A stretch of DNA of 64,000 nt from Candidatus Eutrophobius brisbanensis (GCA_038131795.1 JAYPQE010000003.1:333691-397690), one strand, 5' to 3'. Shown: positions 43,713 through 55,248, counted from the first letter of the stretch. Made by a program: numbers and translations. Notes: generated from the sequence alone by a model not told the origin.

Positions 43713-45146
43713 TTAAAGGACCATAGAAGGAATCTCTGCTAGCCTGGGCCGTGTTGGCTGATCATCCTGTTCCAGTGGATGTTCATGGGTTAGTTTTATG
43801 AGCGTATTGTAATATTTACGAATTCTCTCAACGTATTGCACAGCTTCTTCACCTCTGGCATAACCATAGTTGGTTTGTTTGTACCATTTACTATTTTGTA
43901 GATACGGTAAATAATTTTTTACGTCTTGCCATTTATCGGGATTTTTACCATTTTTTTCGGTAATAACCCTGGCATCTTCCAGGTGTCCCATGCCTATATT
44001 ATAGGCGGCCAGGGCAAACCAGGTTCTATCCGGGTTACTGATCCGTTCTGGTACTCGTCTGATCAGCTGTTTGATATAACGTGCACCTCCCAGAATACTT
44101 TGTTCTGGGTCCAGTCTGTTAGCAATGCCGACCTGTTTGGCCGTATCCAAGGTCAACATCATCAGGCCTCGCACACCCGTAGGCGAACGTGCCCGTTCGT
44201 CCCAATGGGATTCCTGGTAGCTCATTGCAGCCAGAAAGCGCCAGTCAAATTCGAACTCACTGGCTGTGGTTTTGAATATGTGCTCATATTTCGGCAGCCT
44301 GCTGGCAAACCTTGAAATAAAACGTCTTTGATCAACATAGTCAAATTTTTGTACGGGCCCATAAAAATATTCAATCATCTCTGCAAGACTTTCATCTGAT
44401 TCAATTTTGTTAAAGAAGGCATGAAGTTTTTCCTGTAGCTCTTTTTTATCTGATCGACTGGTAAACCATGCCAGAGCGGTAGGGGCAGCAAGGTCGAAGG
44501 CGGCACGTAGATCCGGGTATTTTTGTCTGGCCGTGATAAGTTCGCTTGAATACACCGCCGCATATGCAATTTCCTCATTCTCGACCATGTCAATTATCTG
44601 GCTGGCACTCAAATCTGGATGGAGTTTCCAGCTGAATTCAGGGAACTGCTTATTGATATATAATAGCTTGTCCTCACGTAACCCTCCCCGGGCAATGTGT
44701 AACTGATAGGGGAATAAATCACCCAGGTCCCTGGGGCGGTCGATACCCAGTTTGTAGATAACTTGTTGAGTGGTTGTAAAGTATTCGGGACCAGCGATGA
44801 GCTCAGGATTTTTTTCAAAGGTTTGTTTTACCAGTCCGGTTGCAATGTCCGCATCACCGGACAGTAAAATCTCCACCATCTCGGCCTTGTTGTCAGCCAC
44901 AATAACCTTAAGTTTATGATCAATTTCGTCGGCAAACATTCTGGCCAACTCGTATTCAAATCCGGTCTCACTGTCAGTATCCACAAAATAGGTCGTGGGA
45001 CCATAGACTGTGACTATCCTGATCTCATCCTGGTCGCCAGGCTCGCCTTCTGAAACACCACTACTGCACGCAGTCAGGGCAAGCAAAACTGCGATGACGC
45101 TCATTCGGACGACTTTGGCTGCTATCGTATTTGTCATAACTATCAA
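43713..45146 (-). CDS. mltF: membrane-bound lytic murein transglycosylase F
   Basis: Lipoprotein signal (LALTAC), periplasmic binding-protein-like domain, C-terminal SLT domain (ESHWDE...AYNIG). Confidence 0.85.
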   Translation of the reverse strand: MIVMTNTIAAKVVRMSVIAVLLALTACSSGVSEGEPGDQDEIRIVTVYGPTTYFVDTDSETGFEYELARMFADEIDHKLKVIVADNKAEMVEILLSGDADIATGLVKQTFEKNPELIAGPEYFTTTQQVIYKLGIDRPRDLGDLFPYQLHIARGGLREDKLLYINKQFPEFSWKLHPDLSASQIIDMVENEEIAYAAVYSSELITARQKYPDLRAAFDLAAPTALAWFTSRSDKKELQEKLHAFFNKIESDESLAEMIEYFYGPVQKFDYVDQRRFISRFASRLPKYEHIFKTTASEFEFDWRFLAAMSYQESHWDERARSPTGVRGLMMLTLDTAKQVGIANRLDPEQSILGGARYIKQLIRRVPERISNPDRTWFALAAYNIGMGHLEDARVITEKNGKNPDKWQDVKNYLPYLQNSKWYKQTNYGYARGEEAVQYVERIRKYYNTLIKLTHEHPLEQDDQPTRPRLAEIPSMVL

Positions 45147-45206
45147 TATATCCTGTTTTTATGAATAGACAGTGAAATAAATAAATCATTTGATTAAATC
45201 AATCGT

Positions 45207-45953
45207 TTGAAATATTCTAAGTCTATATTTAACATTGGCTTAGTGATGGGACCTGAAAAACACAATCAAATAGATTTAACTGATAAAAGAGGGGATTCCA
45301 CCCGTTATGCCCTGATTCAGGCAGGGTTGGAGCTATTTGGTCAAAATGGATTCAAAGCCACCACCACCCGTATGTTATGTGACTGGGCCGGGGCCAATAT
45401 CTCATCTATCCCTTATTATTTTGGCGGTAAAAAAAACCTGTATCTGGCAGTCATGGAGTACATCGTTGAGCGCATGCAGCAACATTTTGGTATTGTCCGT
45501 GAGTCTATGGAGGCTATTTCCCAGTCCGGCCCAATTCCTCATGATAAAGCTAGGGCCACCATGAAACTAATGATCCGATCCATTGCGCAATTATTTGTTG
45601 AGTCCGATGAACCCAAGGCCTGGGTGCAATTGATTATCCGAGAGCAGGCAAATCCAACTGAGGCCTTTGATATTATTTATGAAGGTCAGATGAAGCATGT
45701 GCAAAGGATGTTTTCCACATTGATCGCCGCCTGTACCGGGCTGCCGCCAGAGAGTGATGACGTGAAATTACGAAGCCATGCCCTGATTGGACAAATTTTA
45801 ATCTTTACCATCAGTCGGGAAAGTCTGCTCAGGCATTTGAATGTCACTAGACTCACATCTGAACACATAGAAAAGATATATACCATCCTGCTGTCACATA
45901 CCGATGGATGTCTGTCTATCAAATTAGCGGAACAAAACAGTGACGCGAGCTAG
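45207..45953 (+). CDS. TetR/AcrR-family transcriptional regulator
   Basis: TetR HTH (ALIQAGLELFGQNGFKATTTRMLCDWAGANISSIPYYF); sits upstream of the efflux genes. Confidence 0.85.
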   Translation: MKYSKSIFNIGLVMGPEKHNQIDLTDKRGDSTRYALIQAGLELFGQNGFKATTTRMLCDWAGANISSIPYYFGGKKNLYLAVMEYIVERMQQHFGIVRESMEAISQSGPIPHDKARATMKLMIRSIAQLFVESDEPKAWVQLIIREQANPTEAFDIIYEGQMKHVQRMFSTLIAACTGLPPESDDVKLRSHALIGQILIFTISRESLLRHLNVTRLTSEHIEKIYTILLSHTDGCLSIKLAEQNSDAS

Positions 45954-45975
45954 ATTACAGGAACAATCAAATTAC

Positions 45976-47481
45976 ATGGGCCGTTTATGGGTGAGGCTAC
46001 GTTTCATCATGCCATTATTGTTCTTCTTTTTTATGGCGGCCTGCACACTCAGACCGGAGTTTACTCGTCCGGATTTACTCACCGATCAAAACCGGGTGTT
46101 TGTGAATGCTGGAGACGAACAAAACCATCGCTACAGTATGGAAAAATGGTGGGAGCGTTTAAATGATCCAGTCATTAATTCATATATTGATAGATTACTG
46201 ACACATAACCTGACCCTCAAGCAGGCCTCAGAGAGGGTGATCCAGGCCAGGGAAAGGTACCACCTGCAACAAGGCCAGCGTTACCCAGGCTTATCAGTCA
46301 ATGTTGGCGCAACCCGAAGTTTCACTCCCACAAATAGTTTTGCCATTTCCTCTGTCGCCGGAGGAACAGAAACCAGGCGAATTTATAATACCAATTTAAG
46401 CGCAGATATTTCTGTTGCGTGGCAAGAAGATCTGTTTGGTCGTATTCAATCATCCATCAACGCAGCAGAGGCCGGTTTACTGGCCAGTGAATATGACAGG
46501 GAAGCCATTGAACATACTTTAATCGCAGATCTGTTGTTACGTCGAGTTTCCATCGCCATCAACACAGAGCTATTGGAGCTTGCAATGAATGTAAGTGAGA
46601 ATCAGCAGTTGTTATTCGATATAGTCAAGCGACGTTACGATCTGGGTACGGTGAATACCGGGCTTGTGGATGTGTATCTGGCTGAAGAGAATACCCGATC
46701 AGTGGAAGCTGACATACCTGTGTTTGAACGTCAGCTTTCCAGCGATCAATATCAGTTGGATGTGCTTTTAGGAGATGTCCCCGGGACCACATCTATATCC
46801 GGTGTAAGCTTTCCACTCATGCCACCGCCAAGAGACGTACAGGCATGTCTGCCAATTGATTTACTGGATCGACGTCCAGATCTCAAGGCCGCAGAATTGC
46901 GAGTTAAAGCGGCCGATGCTGAGATTGGTGTGGCCCTGGCAGATCTTTACCCGGGGTTAAACCTTGGCGCCAGCCTTGGGGTCAATGGTGATGACATCGG
47001 AAATCTGTTTACCCCTGAACAGTTGGCTGGGAGCATTCTTGCAAATCTGACGTCACGTTTGTTTGAAGGCGGAAGACTAAGGGCAAACATCCGGCTCCAG
47101 GAATCTGAGGCCAGGGAATTTTCTGCACGTTATGCAGACAGTGTTTTAAATGCGTTACGTGAGGTGGAAACGGCCCTTAAGGCTGAACAGGAACTGCAAA
47201 AAGAACTGGTACTACAACAGCAATCAATCAATGCAGTCAGACGAGCAGAGCAACTGTCCCAGGCCCGTTATCAACAAGGGATAGAATCACTAAGACAGTA
47301 TCTTGAAGTGCAACAAAGACGTTATCTAATTGAACAAAACTGGTTGAAATTACAACAGCAGGTGTGGGCAAACAAGATCAACCTATACCTGGCTTTGGGC
47401 GGCGACTGGAATACACAAGGTCAATTATCAGGAGAATTAAATGCTATTTGTGGGGTTGTCAGTGAGGAAAACGCAACATGA
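45976..47481 (+). CDS. RND efflux outer-membrane factor lipoprotein (NodT/OprM family)
   Basis: Lipobox FMAAC, two OEP repeats; start placed at MGRLWV (track ORF starts at 45940). Confidence 0.85.
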   Translation: MGRLWVRLRFIMPLLFFFFMAACTLRPEFTRPDLLTDQNRVFVNAGDEQNHRYSMEKWWERLNDPVINSYIDRLLTHNLTLKQASERVIQARERYHLQQGQRYPGLSVNVGATRSFTPTNSFAISSVAGGTETRRIYNTNLSADISVAWQEDLFGRIQSSINAAEAGLLASEYDREAIEHTLIADLLLRRVSIAINTELLELAMNVSENQQLLFDIVKRRYDLGTVNTGLVDVYLAEENTRSVEADIPVFERQLSSDQYQLDVLLGDVPGTTSISGVSFPLMPPPRDVQACLPIDLLDRRPDLKAAELRVKAADAEIGVALADLYPGLNLGASLGVNGDDIGNLFTPEQLAGSILANLTSRLFEGGRLRANIRLQESEAREFSARYADSVLNALREVETALKAEQELQKELVLQQQSINAVRRAEQLSQARYQQGIESLRQYLEVQQRRYLIEQNWLKLQQQVWANKINLYLALGGDWNTQGQLSGELNAICGVVSEENAT

Positions 47482-48626
47482 GTAACGATACAAAAAAAGG
47501 ATATATACAACTCGCACTGGTGGTATTTTTTATCATTGGGTCCTTCACAGCTTCTAAATTACTTAAAACCAGTTATGAGATGCCAGGACAAAATAACGCA
47601 CAAGACCGCATCCTCTTTGTGGAGACTGAAAAAGTACAACCACAAAGTTACAGGATTACCTTTGATACGACAGGTGTGGTCCGTGCCAGAAATCAGATCA
47701 ATGTGGTACCCGAGGTAAGCGGTAGAGTCATCCAGGTTCATGATGCCTTTTTCGAAGGGGGATACTTTGAAAAGGACGATGTATTATTTGTGATTGAACC
47801 CAAAGATTTTCAACTGGAAGTGAGGCGACTGGAAGCAGAACTTGCCCGGGCAACGACTGCACTGGAATTGGCCAGGGCAGAATCAGAAGCAGCCAGGGCA
47901 GAATGGCAGCAGATTAACGGCGAGGATGACATACCTGATCTGGTTGCCAGGCTCCCTCAACTGGCAGAGGCCAGGGCCAACCTTCTGGCTGCTGAGGCCA
48001 TGCTTGAAGATGCTAGACTGAATTTGTCCAGAACCCAATTTAGTTTACCGTTCTCCGGCAGAGTTGTATCCAGTAATGTGGCCATAGGTCAATATGTCAT
48101 GGCAGGGCAGACCTACGGTGTGGTGTTCGATACCGGTTCACTGGAAATAAGTGCGTCATTGGTGGACAGGCAACTGGAATGGTTATTGAACGCGAGCAAC
48201 CCAGACATTAATATTAGTGCAACCTTCCTTGGAAAGCGTCGTCACTACTCGGGGCAGCTAAAACGCGCTGCATCAAACCTAGATGTAGGAACTCGATTCG
48301 CAACAGTCTATTTTTCTTTCAAAGATGAAACGTATGATTTATTACCTGGCGTATTTGCGGATATTATCATTGCAGGTGCTCAGATGGATGGGGTAATGTT
48401 ATTGCCAGCTACCGCCTTGCAATCCCAGGATCTGGTTTGGCTGGTTAAAGAAGGAGCGATTCTGGAATCATGGCAGCCTGAGGTTATATTTATGGATGAT
48501 CAGGTCATTGCTGTGAAAGGACTACAATCTCAAGTCGAGATCGTCACCAGCCGAATTGCCGGGGCAACAGATGGTATGCAGATTGCAACTATCGATGGTC
48601 AATACTCTGAACCTTTAGCAGAATGA
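47478..48626 (+). CDS. RND efflux membrane fusion (periplasmic adaptor) protein
   Basis: HlyD/AcrA-like biotinyl-lipoyl, coiled-coil hairpin and beta-barrel regions. Confidence 0.85.
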   Translation: MSNDTKKGYIQLALVVFFIIGSFTASKLLKTSYEMPGQNNAQDRILFVETEKVQPQSYRITFDTTGVVRARNQINVVPEVSGRVIQVHDAFFEGGYFEKDDVLFVIEPKDFQLEVRRLEAELARATTALELARAESEAARAEWQQINGEDDIPDLVARLPQLAEARANLLAAEAMLEDARLNLSRTQFSLPFSGRVVSSNVAIGQYVMAGQTYGVVFDTGSLEISASLVDRQLEWLLNASNPDINISATFLGKRRHYSGQLKRAASNLDVGTRFATVYFSFKDETYDLLPGVFADIIIAGAQMDGVMLLPATALQSQDLVWLVKEGAILESWQPEVIFMDDQVIAVKGLQSQVEIVTSRIAGATDGMQIATIDGQYSEPLAE

Positions 48627-51600
48627 ATCAATCAACCAATGAGTCACGGGGAATAATCTACTGGTTCATTGAAAACCATGTGGCGGCAAATATTCTCATG
48701 CTGCTTTTCGTCGTAGGCGGTATTGTGACAGTTAAAAACATGCGTACTGAGACCTTTCCATCCATTGATCCCAGGTTGGTGACAGTGAGTGTGGTTTACC
48801 CCGGTGCCAGTCCCTATGAAGTGGCAGACTCCATCACCCGTCGCGTAGAAGAGGAGTTGGTGGGGATTGAAGGGGTTAAGCGCGTATCTTCTACGGCAAG
48901 TGAAGGTATGGGTACGGTCAATATTGAACTGGTGGATTTTGCAGATGCCGATCAAGTTTATAATGATGTAGAAACGGCCGTAAATAGCCTGATTGATTTT
49001 CCCCCGGAGGACGCCGAACGGCCTATCATCAACAAGGTCAGTGTAACTCCCAATGTTCTGACCCTGTCGATACATGGAAATGTCGATGAAAATTTTATTA
49101 AGTACTGGGCTGAAACCATAGAGGATGAACTGAGGCAATTGCCCGGTGTGGCATTGACCCAGTTGCGAGGTACACGGGATTATCAGATATCCATAGAAGT
49201 ACCTGAAAATACCTTGCGTCAATATGGCCTGACGCTGGGGCAAATCTCCAATACTGTACGCCAGTTTGCTGAAGATATCCCCGCCGGTACCATCGAGGCC
49301 AGGCAAGGAGAAATCCTACTCAGGGTACAGGAGAAACGTTATACCGGCATAGAGTTTGAAGATATCGTGGTCCGTACACTGCCAGATGGCTCTTCATTAA
49401 GACTGGGAGACATCGCCACAATAGAAGACGGATTCGAAGATATAAACCTGGTCAGCAAATTTAATAATGAGCGTGCAGCCTTTATAGATGTAAAACGTAG
49501 TGAGAGTGAAGATACGCTGGCGGTGGCTGACACAGTCAAGCAATATATACAGACAGTTAAACTGCCTACCGGACTTAACCTGACAATGCAACAAGATGAG
49601 ACGATTGCCCTGAAAGACAGGATCAGTTTAATGATCAGAAACGGGATAATCGGTTTCATGCTGGTATTTCTCATTCTGTTATTATTCCTGGACCTGAAAC
49701 TGGCGTTCTGGACCAGTGCCGCCATTCCTATCTCGTTCCTGGGTGGGTTACTAATTATAGGTAACCTCGGCGAAAGCCTGAATATGATCAGCCTGTTTGC
49801 CCTGATTGTGGTACTGGGTATCGTTGTGGATGATGGGATTGTGACTGGCGAAAGTATTTTTGAAGTCCAGGAGCAATTTCCCAATGATCCACATTCGGCC
49901 TACCTTGGTGTCAAGCAGGTTATTGCCCCGGTTACAGTAGGGGTCACCACCACCATGGCTGCCTTTGGCCCATTAATATTTTCAACGGGTACATTGGGAC
50001 AGATCATTGGGGTCATCCCGGTGGTTGTTATCTCTATTCTCTTTGTATCCTTATTAGAGGCATATTTTATCCTGCCAACGCATCTGGCTAAGCCTACCCG
50101 TTGGAGCCGCGGGATCATGGCGAAGGAACGTGACCGCTTTGCAGAGTCACTCAAGTCCTTTATTGAGTACCGGGTATTGCCCCTGGCCAGTCTTGCAGTG
50201 AAATGGCGTTATGCAACACTGGCAGCATTTTTAGGTGTTGCAATCTTCACCGCGGGTCTGGTGCAGTCAGGGATCGTCCGCTTTGTCTTTTTTCCGCAAA
50301 TTGAAGGTGACCAGATCACAATTAATATGAAAATGCCCCTGGGTACATCGTTTGAAATAACTGAGTCCACCATGCTTGATATAGAAAAGGAAATCATTGA
50401 AATACGAGACAGGCTGGACGGTGAGTCACAATCTGCAGTATTTGAAAGTATTTCCATGAGTGTAGGACAGGTGTCGGGTGCCGCTGCCGGACCATCGGGT
50501 GTAAACTTTTCCGGACAGTCGGCCAGCCATCTCGGTCAGTTTCGTATAAAGTTGGTCCCCTCAGATTATCGGCAGCTTTCTGCTTTTGAAATCGAAGGCC
50601 TGATTAGAGGACGGGTACAGGATTTGCCTGGAATAGAAACATTGGAATTTCAAAGTTCTCTTATCGGGGAGGAGGCAGATATCGAAATCGAATTGGCCCA
50701 TCCTGATGAAGACCAGTTGAATGCAGCCGCCGAGGCACTGACAGCAGAAATGAAAAAAATACCAGGTACCAAGGAAGTTACAGATACCTTTGAACTGGGC
50801 AAGACTGAATATGTATTTAAATTAGATGCCCAGGGCCTGGCAGTAGGCCTGACCCCCTCCGAACTGGGACGCCAGTTACGTGCGGCTTTTTTTGGCCTGG
50901 AGGCCCAGCGTTTTCAGCGTGGACGTTCAGAGATGATTGTCTATGTCCGTTATCCAAAGGCCGAACGTGAATCTCTGGCAGCATTAAACGACATGCGAAT
51001 ACGTTTGCCAAACGGCGATGAAGTACCATTGAGTAATATAGCTACCGTGATTGAACAACGTGGTTATTCGCAGATACAAACAGTAGATGGCCGTCGAATT
51101 GTCAGTGTTATGGGAGATGCGGATATTGAAGTCACTACACCCAATGAGATCATTGCCTATTTACAAACCAATGTGTTACCTGATCTTACGACACGATACC
51201 AGGGACTGACATATAGTTTTGAGGGGGAAAGTAGGGAGCAAAGTGAAGATCTCGCCAGTCTAAGCCGTAACATGGTGATTGCGCTAATGCTGATTTATAT
51301 ATTGCTGGGTGCACAGTTGCAGAGTTACGTTCAGCCCTTTGTGATCATGTCAGCCATACCGTTTGGTATCGTTGGCGCCATCCTGGGACACCTGGCACTG
51401 GGATATGATTTGACCTTTATTTCCATGTTTGGCGGTGTCGCCCTGACCGGTGTGGTGGTAAATGACAGTGTGGTGCTGGTAGATTATCTAAATAAACATC
51501 TTAGAGACGGTGCCACATTAACTGAAAGTGCATTGCTTGCAGTTAAGCGACGATTCAGGCCAATATTGTTAACAACCTTCAGTACCAGTCTGGGATTATT

Positions 51601-51808
51601 ACCCATATTATTGGAGACCAGTATGCAGGCCCGGTTTCTGATCCCCATGGTGGTCTCCCTGGCAACGGGAATATTGTTCTCCACCCTGGTGATATTATTC
51701 CTGGTGCCCTGTCTGGTGATCATCGTAGAAGATATTAAAGCATTGCTTTACAAGATATTCATTGCCAGAAATATTAATGAAACATCTCTGGAATCCGTTG
51801 AGAAATAA
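48623..51808 (+). CDS. RND multidrug/metal efflux permease (AcrB/HAE family)
   Basis: 1061 aa; 12 transmembrane helices with two large periplasmic loops. Confidence 0.9.
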   Translation: MNQSTNESRGIIYWFIENHVAANILMLLFVVGGIVTVKNMRTETFPSIDPRLVTVSVVYPGASPYEVADSITRRVEEELVGIEGVKRVSSTASEGMGTVNIELVDFADADQVYNDVETAVNSLIDFPPEDAERPIINKVSVTPNVLTLSIHGNVDENFIKYWAETIEDELRQLPGVALTQLRGTRDYQISIEVPENTLRQYGLTLGQISNTVRQFAEDIPAGTIEARQGEILLRVQEKRYTGIEFEDIVVRTLPDGSSLRLGDIATIEDGFEDINLVSKFNNERAAFIDVKRSESEDTLAVADTVKQYIQTVKLPTGLNLTMQQDETIALKDRISLMIRNGIIGFMLVFLILLLFLDLKLAFWTSAAIPISFLGGLLIIGNLGESLNMISLFALIVVLGIVVDDGIVTGESIFEVQEQFPNDPHSAYLGVKQVIAPVTVGVTTTMAAFGPLIFSTGTLGQIIGVIPVVVISILFVSLLEAYFILPTHLAKPTRWSRGIMAKERDRFAESLKSFIEYRVLPLASLAVKWRYATLAAFLGVAIFTAGLVQSGIVRFVFFPQIEGDQITINMKMPLGTSFEITESTMLDIEKEIIEIRDRLDGESQSAVFESISMSVGQVSGAAAGPSGVNFSGQSASHLGQFRIKLVPSDYRQLSAFEIEGLIRGRVQDLPGIETLEFQSSLIGEEADIEIELAHPDEDQLNAAAEALTAEMKKIPGTKEVTDTFELGKTEYVFKLDAQGLAVGLTPSELGRQLRAAFFGLEAQRFQRGRSEMIVYVRYPKAERESLAALNDMRIRLPNGDEVPLSNIATVIEQRGYSQIQTVDGRRIVSVMGDADIEVTTPNEIIAYLQTNVLPDLTTRYQGLTYSFEGESREQSEDLASLSRNMVIALMLIYILLGAQLQSYVQPFVIMSAIPFGIVGAILGHLALGYDLTFISMFGGVALTGVVVNDSVVLVDYLNKHLRDGATLTESALLAVKRRFRPILLTTFSTSLGLLPILLETSMQARFLIPMVVSLATGILFSTLVILFLVPCLVIIVEDIKALLYKIFIARNINETSLESVEK

Positions 51809-51826
51809 AGGGGTTTGTTAAGCTGC

Positions 51827-52640
51827 CTACAATAGCTTCCTGCAATAGATTCCCAGGGCCTGGTATACGGCATTGAGCCATTTATTTTTTACCAGGTGAT
51901 GACTTGTTATTTCTGCCGACATTGACAGGTTATTCTCATACACTGCTGAGAGAGATTCGATGAGAAATGAATCTGTGGAAATGAGGTTTAGTTCAAGGTT
52001 GATAAAAAAACTTCGATAATCTAGATTGGTCGAACCAACTGACGCCCAATGATTTTCTATTAGCATGATCTTGGCGTGCAAGAATCTTGGACTGTATTCA
52101 AATATCTTTACACCGGATTGAATGAGGGAATTATAGGCGGCCCGTGCCACCCATAGTGCTATGGGTCTGTCTGTTTTATAAGGCAATAACAATCGTACAT
52201 CTACACCTCGCCTTGCCGCTTTTACCAACTGGTACTCCAGGAAACGGTTCGGTATGAAGTAGGGCGTACAAAGCCATAGTTGTTTTCTGGCTGATTTGAA
52301 TTGATTAATTGTTGCCGAAATTTTCTTCGCTGCCGCCAGGTAAGATTGGCAATAATACTAGATGTTGAATCCATATTGTCTTTAGGCGGTGAGGAGCGGG
52401 GTTTGTCCCATAACTGCTTAAACAGGGCTGTCACATTACCTGCAAGCGGGCCATCAATTCGAACATGGGTGTCCAGCCAACGGTCTTCGCCAAATTCGCG
52501 TAAGGAATTTTCGTTATGGATATTAAATCCGCCTATCCAGGCAATCTTACTATCAACAACCAGGAGTTTACGATGGTTTCTATGGTTATATCGAAGAGGG
52601 CGGTACCAGCACCATGGGTTATACCATCTTAATTGAATAT
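51827..52640 (-). pseudogene. cardiolipin synthase / phospholipase-D-family gene: frameshifted and N-terminally truncated
   Basis: HKD motif 2 (HAKIMLIE...GSTNLDYRS) lies in frame 51827..52228. HKD motif 1 (HRKLLVVDSKIAWIGGFNI) lies in a different frame at 52222..~52600. A stop about 30 codons upstream of HKD1 and no start codon mean roughly 90 N-terminal residues are missing. Confidence 0.75.
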
Positions 52641-52955
52641 TGCTTTTATCTATCTGGTCAATTTATTTGCTGTACGAAAGTTCCAGGAAACCAAAGGCAT
52701 CAAGATGGAGTTTGAGTTCAACCCCTGGTACAGGTCATCACTTTCGATAAATATCTGAAACTGATTGTCAGTCATAAGTCCAGGTAATTTTACAGTAAAT
52801 ATTTATAATTCGTTATTTTCACAAATGCAGGTATTCCTTTCTCGCTTTAATGGAAACCAGGATGGGTTTTTAGAAAAATCGTCATTCCCGCGAAGGCGGT
52901 AATCCAGTAAGATAGATTTAGTCGAATGTGAATACATTAAAAATGTTAGATTTCA

Positions 52956-53170
52956 GGAAAGGTGCCAGACGACTGCATGGAGAAGGTGAGACTGCAATGT
53001 GGTCGAGAAGCTGGCCTGGGCCATGCAGGAGGTGGACTTCGACGGGAATATGAAGTCGAGTGGTCGAATGGGGCAGACTCGAAAAATCGTCAGGAAAGAC
53101 GATTTGCACGTTGCGATAGCAACGCCCGCAGGGCGAGCTACAGGGAAGTAGCGAGTGAAATCTGTTGTAC
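52956..53170 (+). other. tRNA-Ser-like relic: 5' acceptor/D-stem, D-loop-to-anticodon and anticodon-3'/variable-arm blocks of tRNA-Ser, interrupted by two inserts of about 87 and 73 nt
   Basis: The blocks GGAAAGGTGCCAGA, AGTGGTCGAATGGGGCAGACTCGAAA and AAATCTGTTGTAC are collinear and near-identical to the intact tRNA-Ser 43 bp downstream. There is no T-arm or 3' acceptor. Confidence 0.6.
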
Positions 53171-53212
53171 AGCAATGCGCAGCATTGCCAGCAAAAAGAA
53201 ACTTATAGATTC

Positions 53213-53303
<91 letters not shown>

Positions 53304-53433
53304 AAACACTTATTAAAAGCCGTTAAAGAACCTTACAGCCCCTTTAAATCATATCCTGGCAGCCCCTTATATTCACTTATATTCTGAGATTTTTTTAAAA
53401 TTTATAATAGATTCAATATTGCCTATAAAGAAA

Positions 53434-54387
53434 TCATGAAGGTTTCTTTGGAAATGATTGAGAACTTTTAATTGGGGCGTTATTTTTTATCTGTTTTCTA
53501 TGTATTTCATGCTGTTTTGACAACTGGACTAATGAGTTCAGAAGTTTTGAATCTCTATTGATAATTAATCTGAAATATATTTTCGGTATGCGAATAAGTT
53601 TTGTAGTTCCGTAAGCCCTAGCAAATGCAGTTCGGGTACCATCACTATGTGGTAATAGTGATTCCTCACCAAAATATCCACCTCTTATATGCTTGGTTAA
53701 TGTAGTCAATTTACCATCATTATCTAACATTACAATACCTACTGTTCCATCCAATACTACATACAAAGAGTCACCTTTTTCACCTTCTTTGATAATATAT
53801 TCTCCATCATCATAAGAAATAATTTCGGTCCAACTCTCAATAGTTGTCAGTTCATTTTCACGTAATGATGCAAACAGTTCGATATCCGAAAAAAGATTAA
53901 TAAAATGATCCTCCTCGATAGACTTGGATAATTGTGCAATATCATCGAATTTTGGGTGTTTTCTATTCAATGATAAAGATGAATACGCATTACCAACCCA
54001 ATCTTCACTTACTTTTAATGTAACGTAATCCTTATATATTTTGAAAACTTTTGCATATTCCAATGATTTAACTGTGGCGTTTCTTCGACCCGATTGTTCA
54101 GGATCATACAATGCTGATTCACCAAAGAAATCTCCTGCTCTTAATATAGCTAAAGATATATCTTGAGATGTCCCTCTTATCAGAACTTCGACACTACCAT
54201 CAAGAATGACATACATGCAGTCACCAATTTCTGACTCTTTAATAATAGTTTCCCTTACGCCATACGTGATGATCTCATTATGCTTTGCGCTCACAATCTC
54301 TTGTATTTCGTCATTAGTTAGTGAATTAAATAACTGTATTTTTCTTAATTCTGAAATATCTGATTTTTGTTCAATTATTTTATCCAT
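53434..54387 (-). CDS. protein with two cyclic-nucleotide-binding domains and no effector domain
   Basis: 317 aa; two cNMP-binding modules (GDxLYxxLDG, FGExAL/FGEESLL); AT-rich. Confidence 0.7.
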   Translation of the reverse strand: MDKIIEQKSDISELRKIQLFNSLTNDEIQEIVSAKHNEIITYGVRETIIKESEIGDCMYVILDGSVEVLIRGTSQDISLAILRAGDFFGESALYDPEQSGRRNATVKSLEYAKVFKIYKDYVTLKVSEDWVGNAYSSLSLNRKHPKFDDIAQLSKSIEEDHFINLFSDIELFASLRENELTTIESWTEIISYDDGEYIIKEGEKGDSLYVVLDGTVGIVMLDNDGKLTTLTKHIRGGYFGEESLLPHSDGTRTAFARAYGTTKLIRIPKIYFRLIINRDSKLLNSLVQLSKQHEIHRKQIKNNAPIKSSQSFPKKPS

Positions 54388-54528
54388 AAATATTTCCGTT
54401 TTATAAATGTAATTTTTCTATAAATATATCTTCCGAATTCAACCCTGATATAGGGTTCATTAAATTGTTGGCTATGGTACAAAGCGCTTAACCTGCCCAA
54501 CATTCTTAATTACAAATATTAATAATTT

Positions 54529-55248
54529 TTAATAACCTGACCTGCCCCCAGTAACGGTACCACTTTCAAAGTTTGGATTTGAGTTTAATTGACAACTATA
54601 CTCCTTGATATGTTGGCATGACAAGTCGTGGTGATTTTGTCTCTGTCATCACTGTCTGCGGTGCTGGTGATCGGTAGTTTAGTGAGCTGTGTGGCCGGAC
54701 TTCGTTGTAATGATTTCGCCACCATTTCAACAAGGCAGTCACGCGACGATACCCATAGTGGCCAAATTCCGTTGCTAAATCGATAACGGCTTTCGTTAAC
54801 ATGGATTCATCCTCTCTCATCACACAGACACGACATTGTGATACTCCAAGCTGCTGTTGTACATGCTATACACACTGCCGCCGCCGCTCGGGGCTCAGTA
54901 ATTTCCATTGAGGGCCTCATTCAGGATGTCTTTATCGAGGGACAAGTCAGCCACCATTTTCTTCAACCGGGCATTCTCTTTTTCCAGCTCTTTTAAGCGC
55001 TTCGCCTGGTTGATCTGCAGACCGACGTATTCTTTCCGCCAGCGGTAATAACTTTGCTCGGTAAACCCCAGCTGTTTGCAGGCCTGACCGGTGGTTTTGC
55101 CCCGGCCGACCTCGATTTCAACTTAGCGTAGGAGTTTGATAATCTCTTCGGGTGAGTAGTGTTCTCTTGGCATGATTGACCTCCTTAGTGGTCCAGTTTA
55201 AGCGAGTTTCTAACTTAAAAACTGGTACCGTTTTAGGGCGGCAGGTCA
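54529..55248 (-). mobile_element. IS3-family insertion-sequence remnant (copy 1, 720 bp): orfA with an in-frame TAA at codon 17, plus only the last ~75 codons of orfB
   Basis: Terminal inverted repeats TGACCTGCCCCC...GGTACC at both ends. orfA reads MPREHYSPEEIIKLLR*VEIEVGRGKTTGQACKQLGFTEQSYYRWRKEY.... The orfB tail reads ...YNEVRPHSSLNYRSP. Confidence 0.85.

Noticed and set aside
53059-53170. Possible tRNA intron (insert in the anticodon loop of the upstream tRNA-Ser-like copy)
   Set aside because: The insert is only about 73 nt, too short for a group I intron, and the copy lacks a T-arm and 3' acceptor, so no functional tRNA could be spliced out. Treated as a relic; see the finding.
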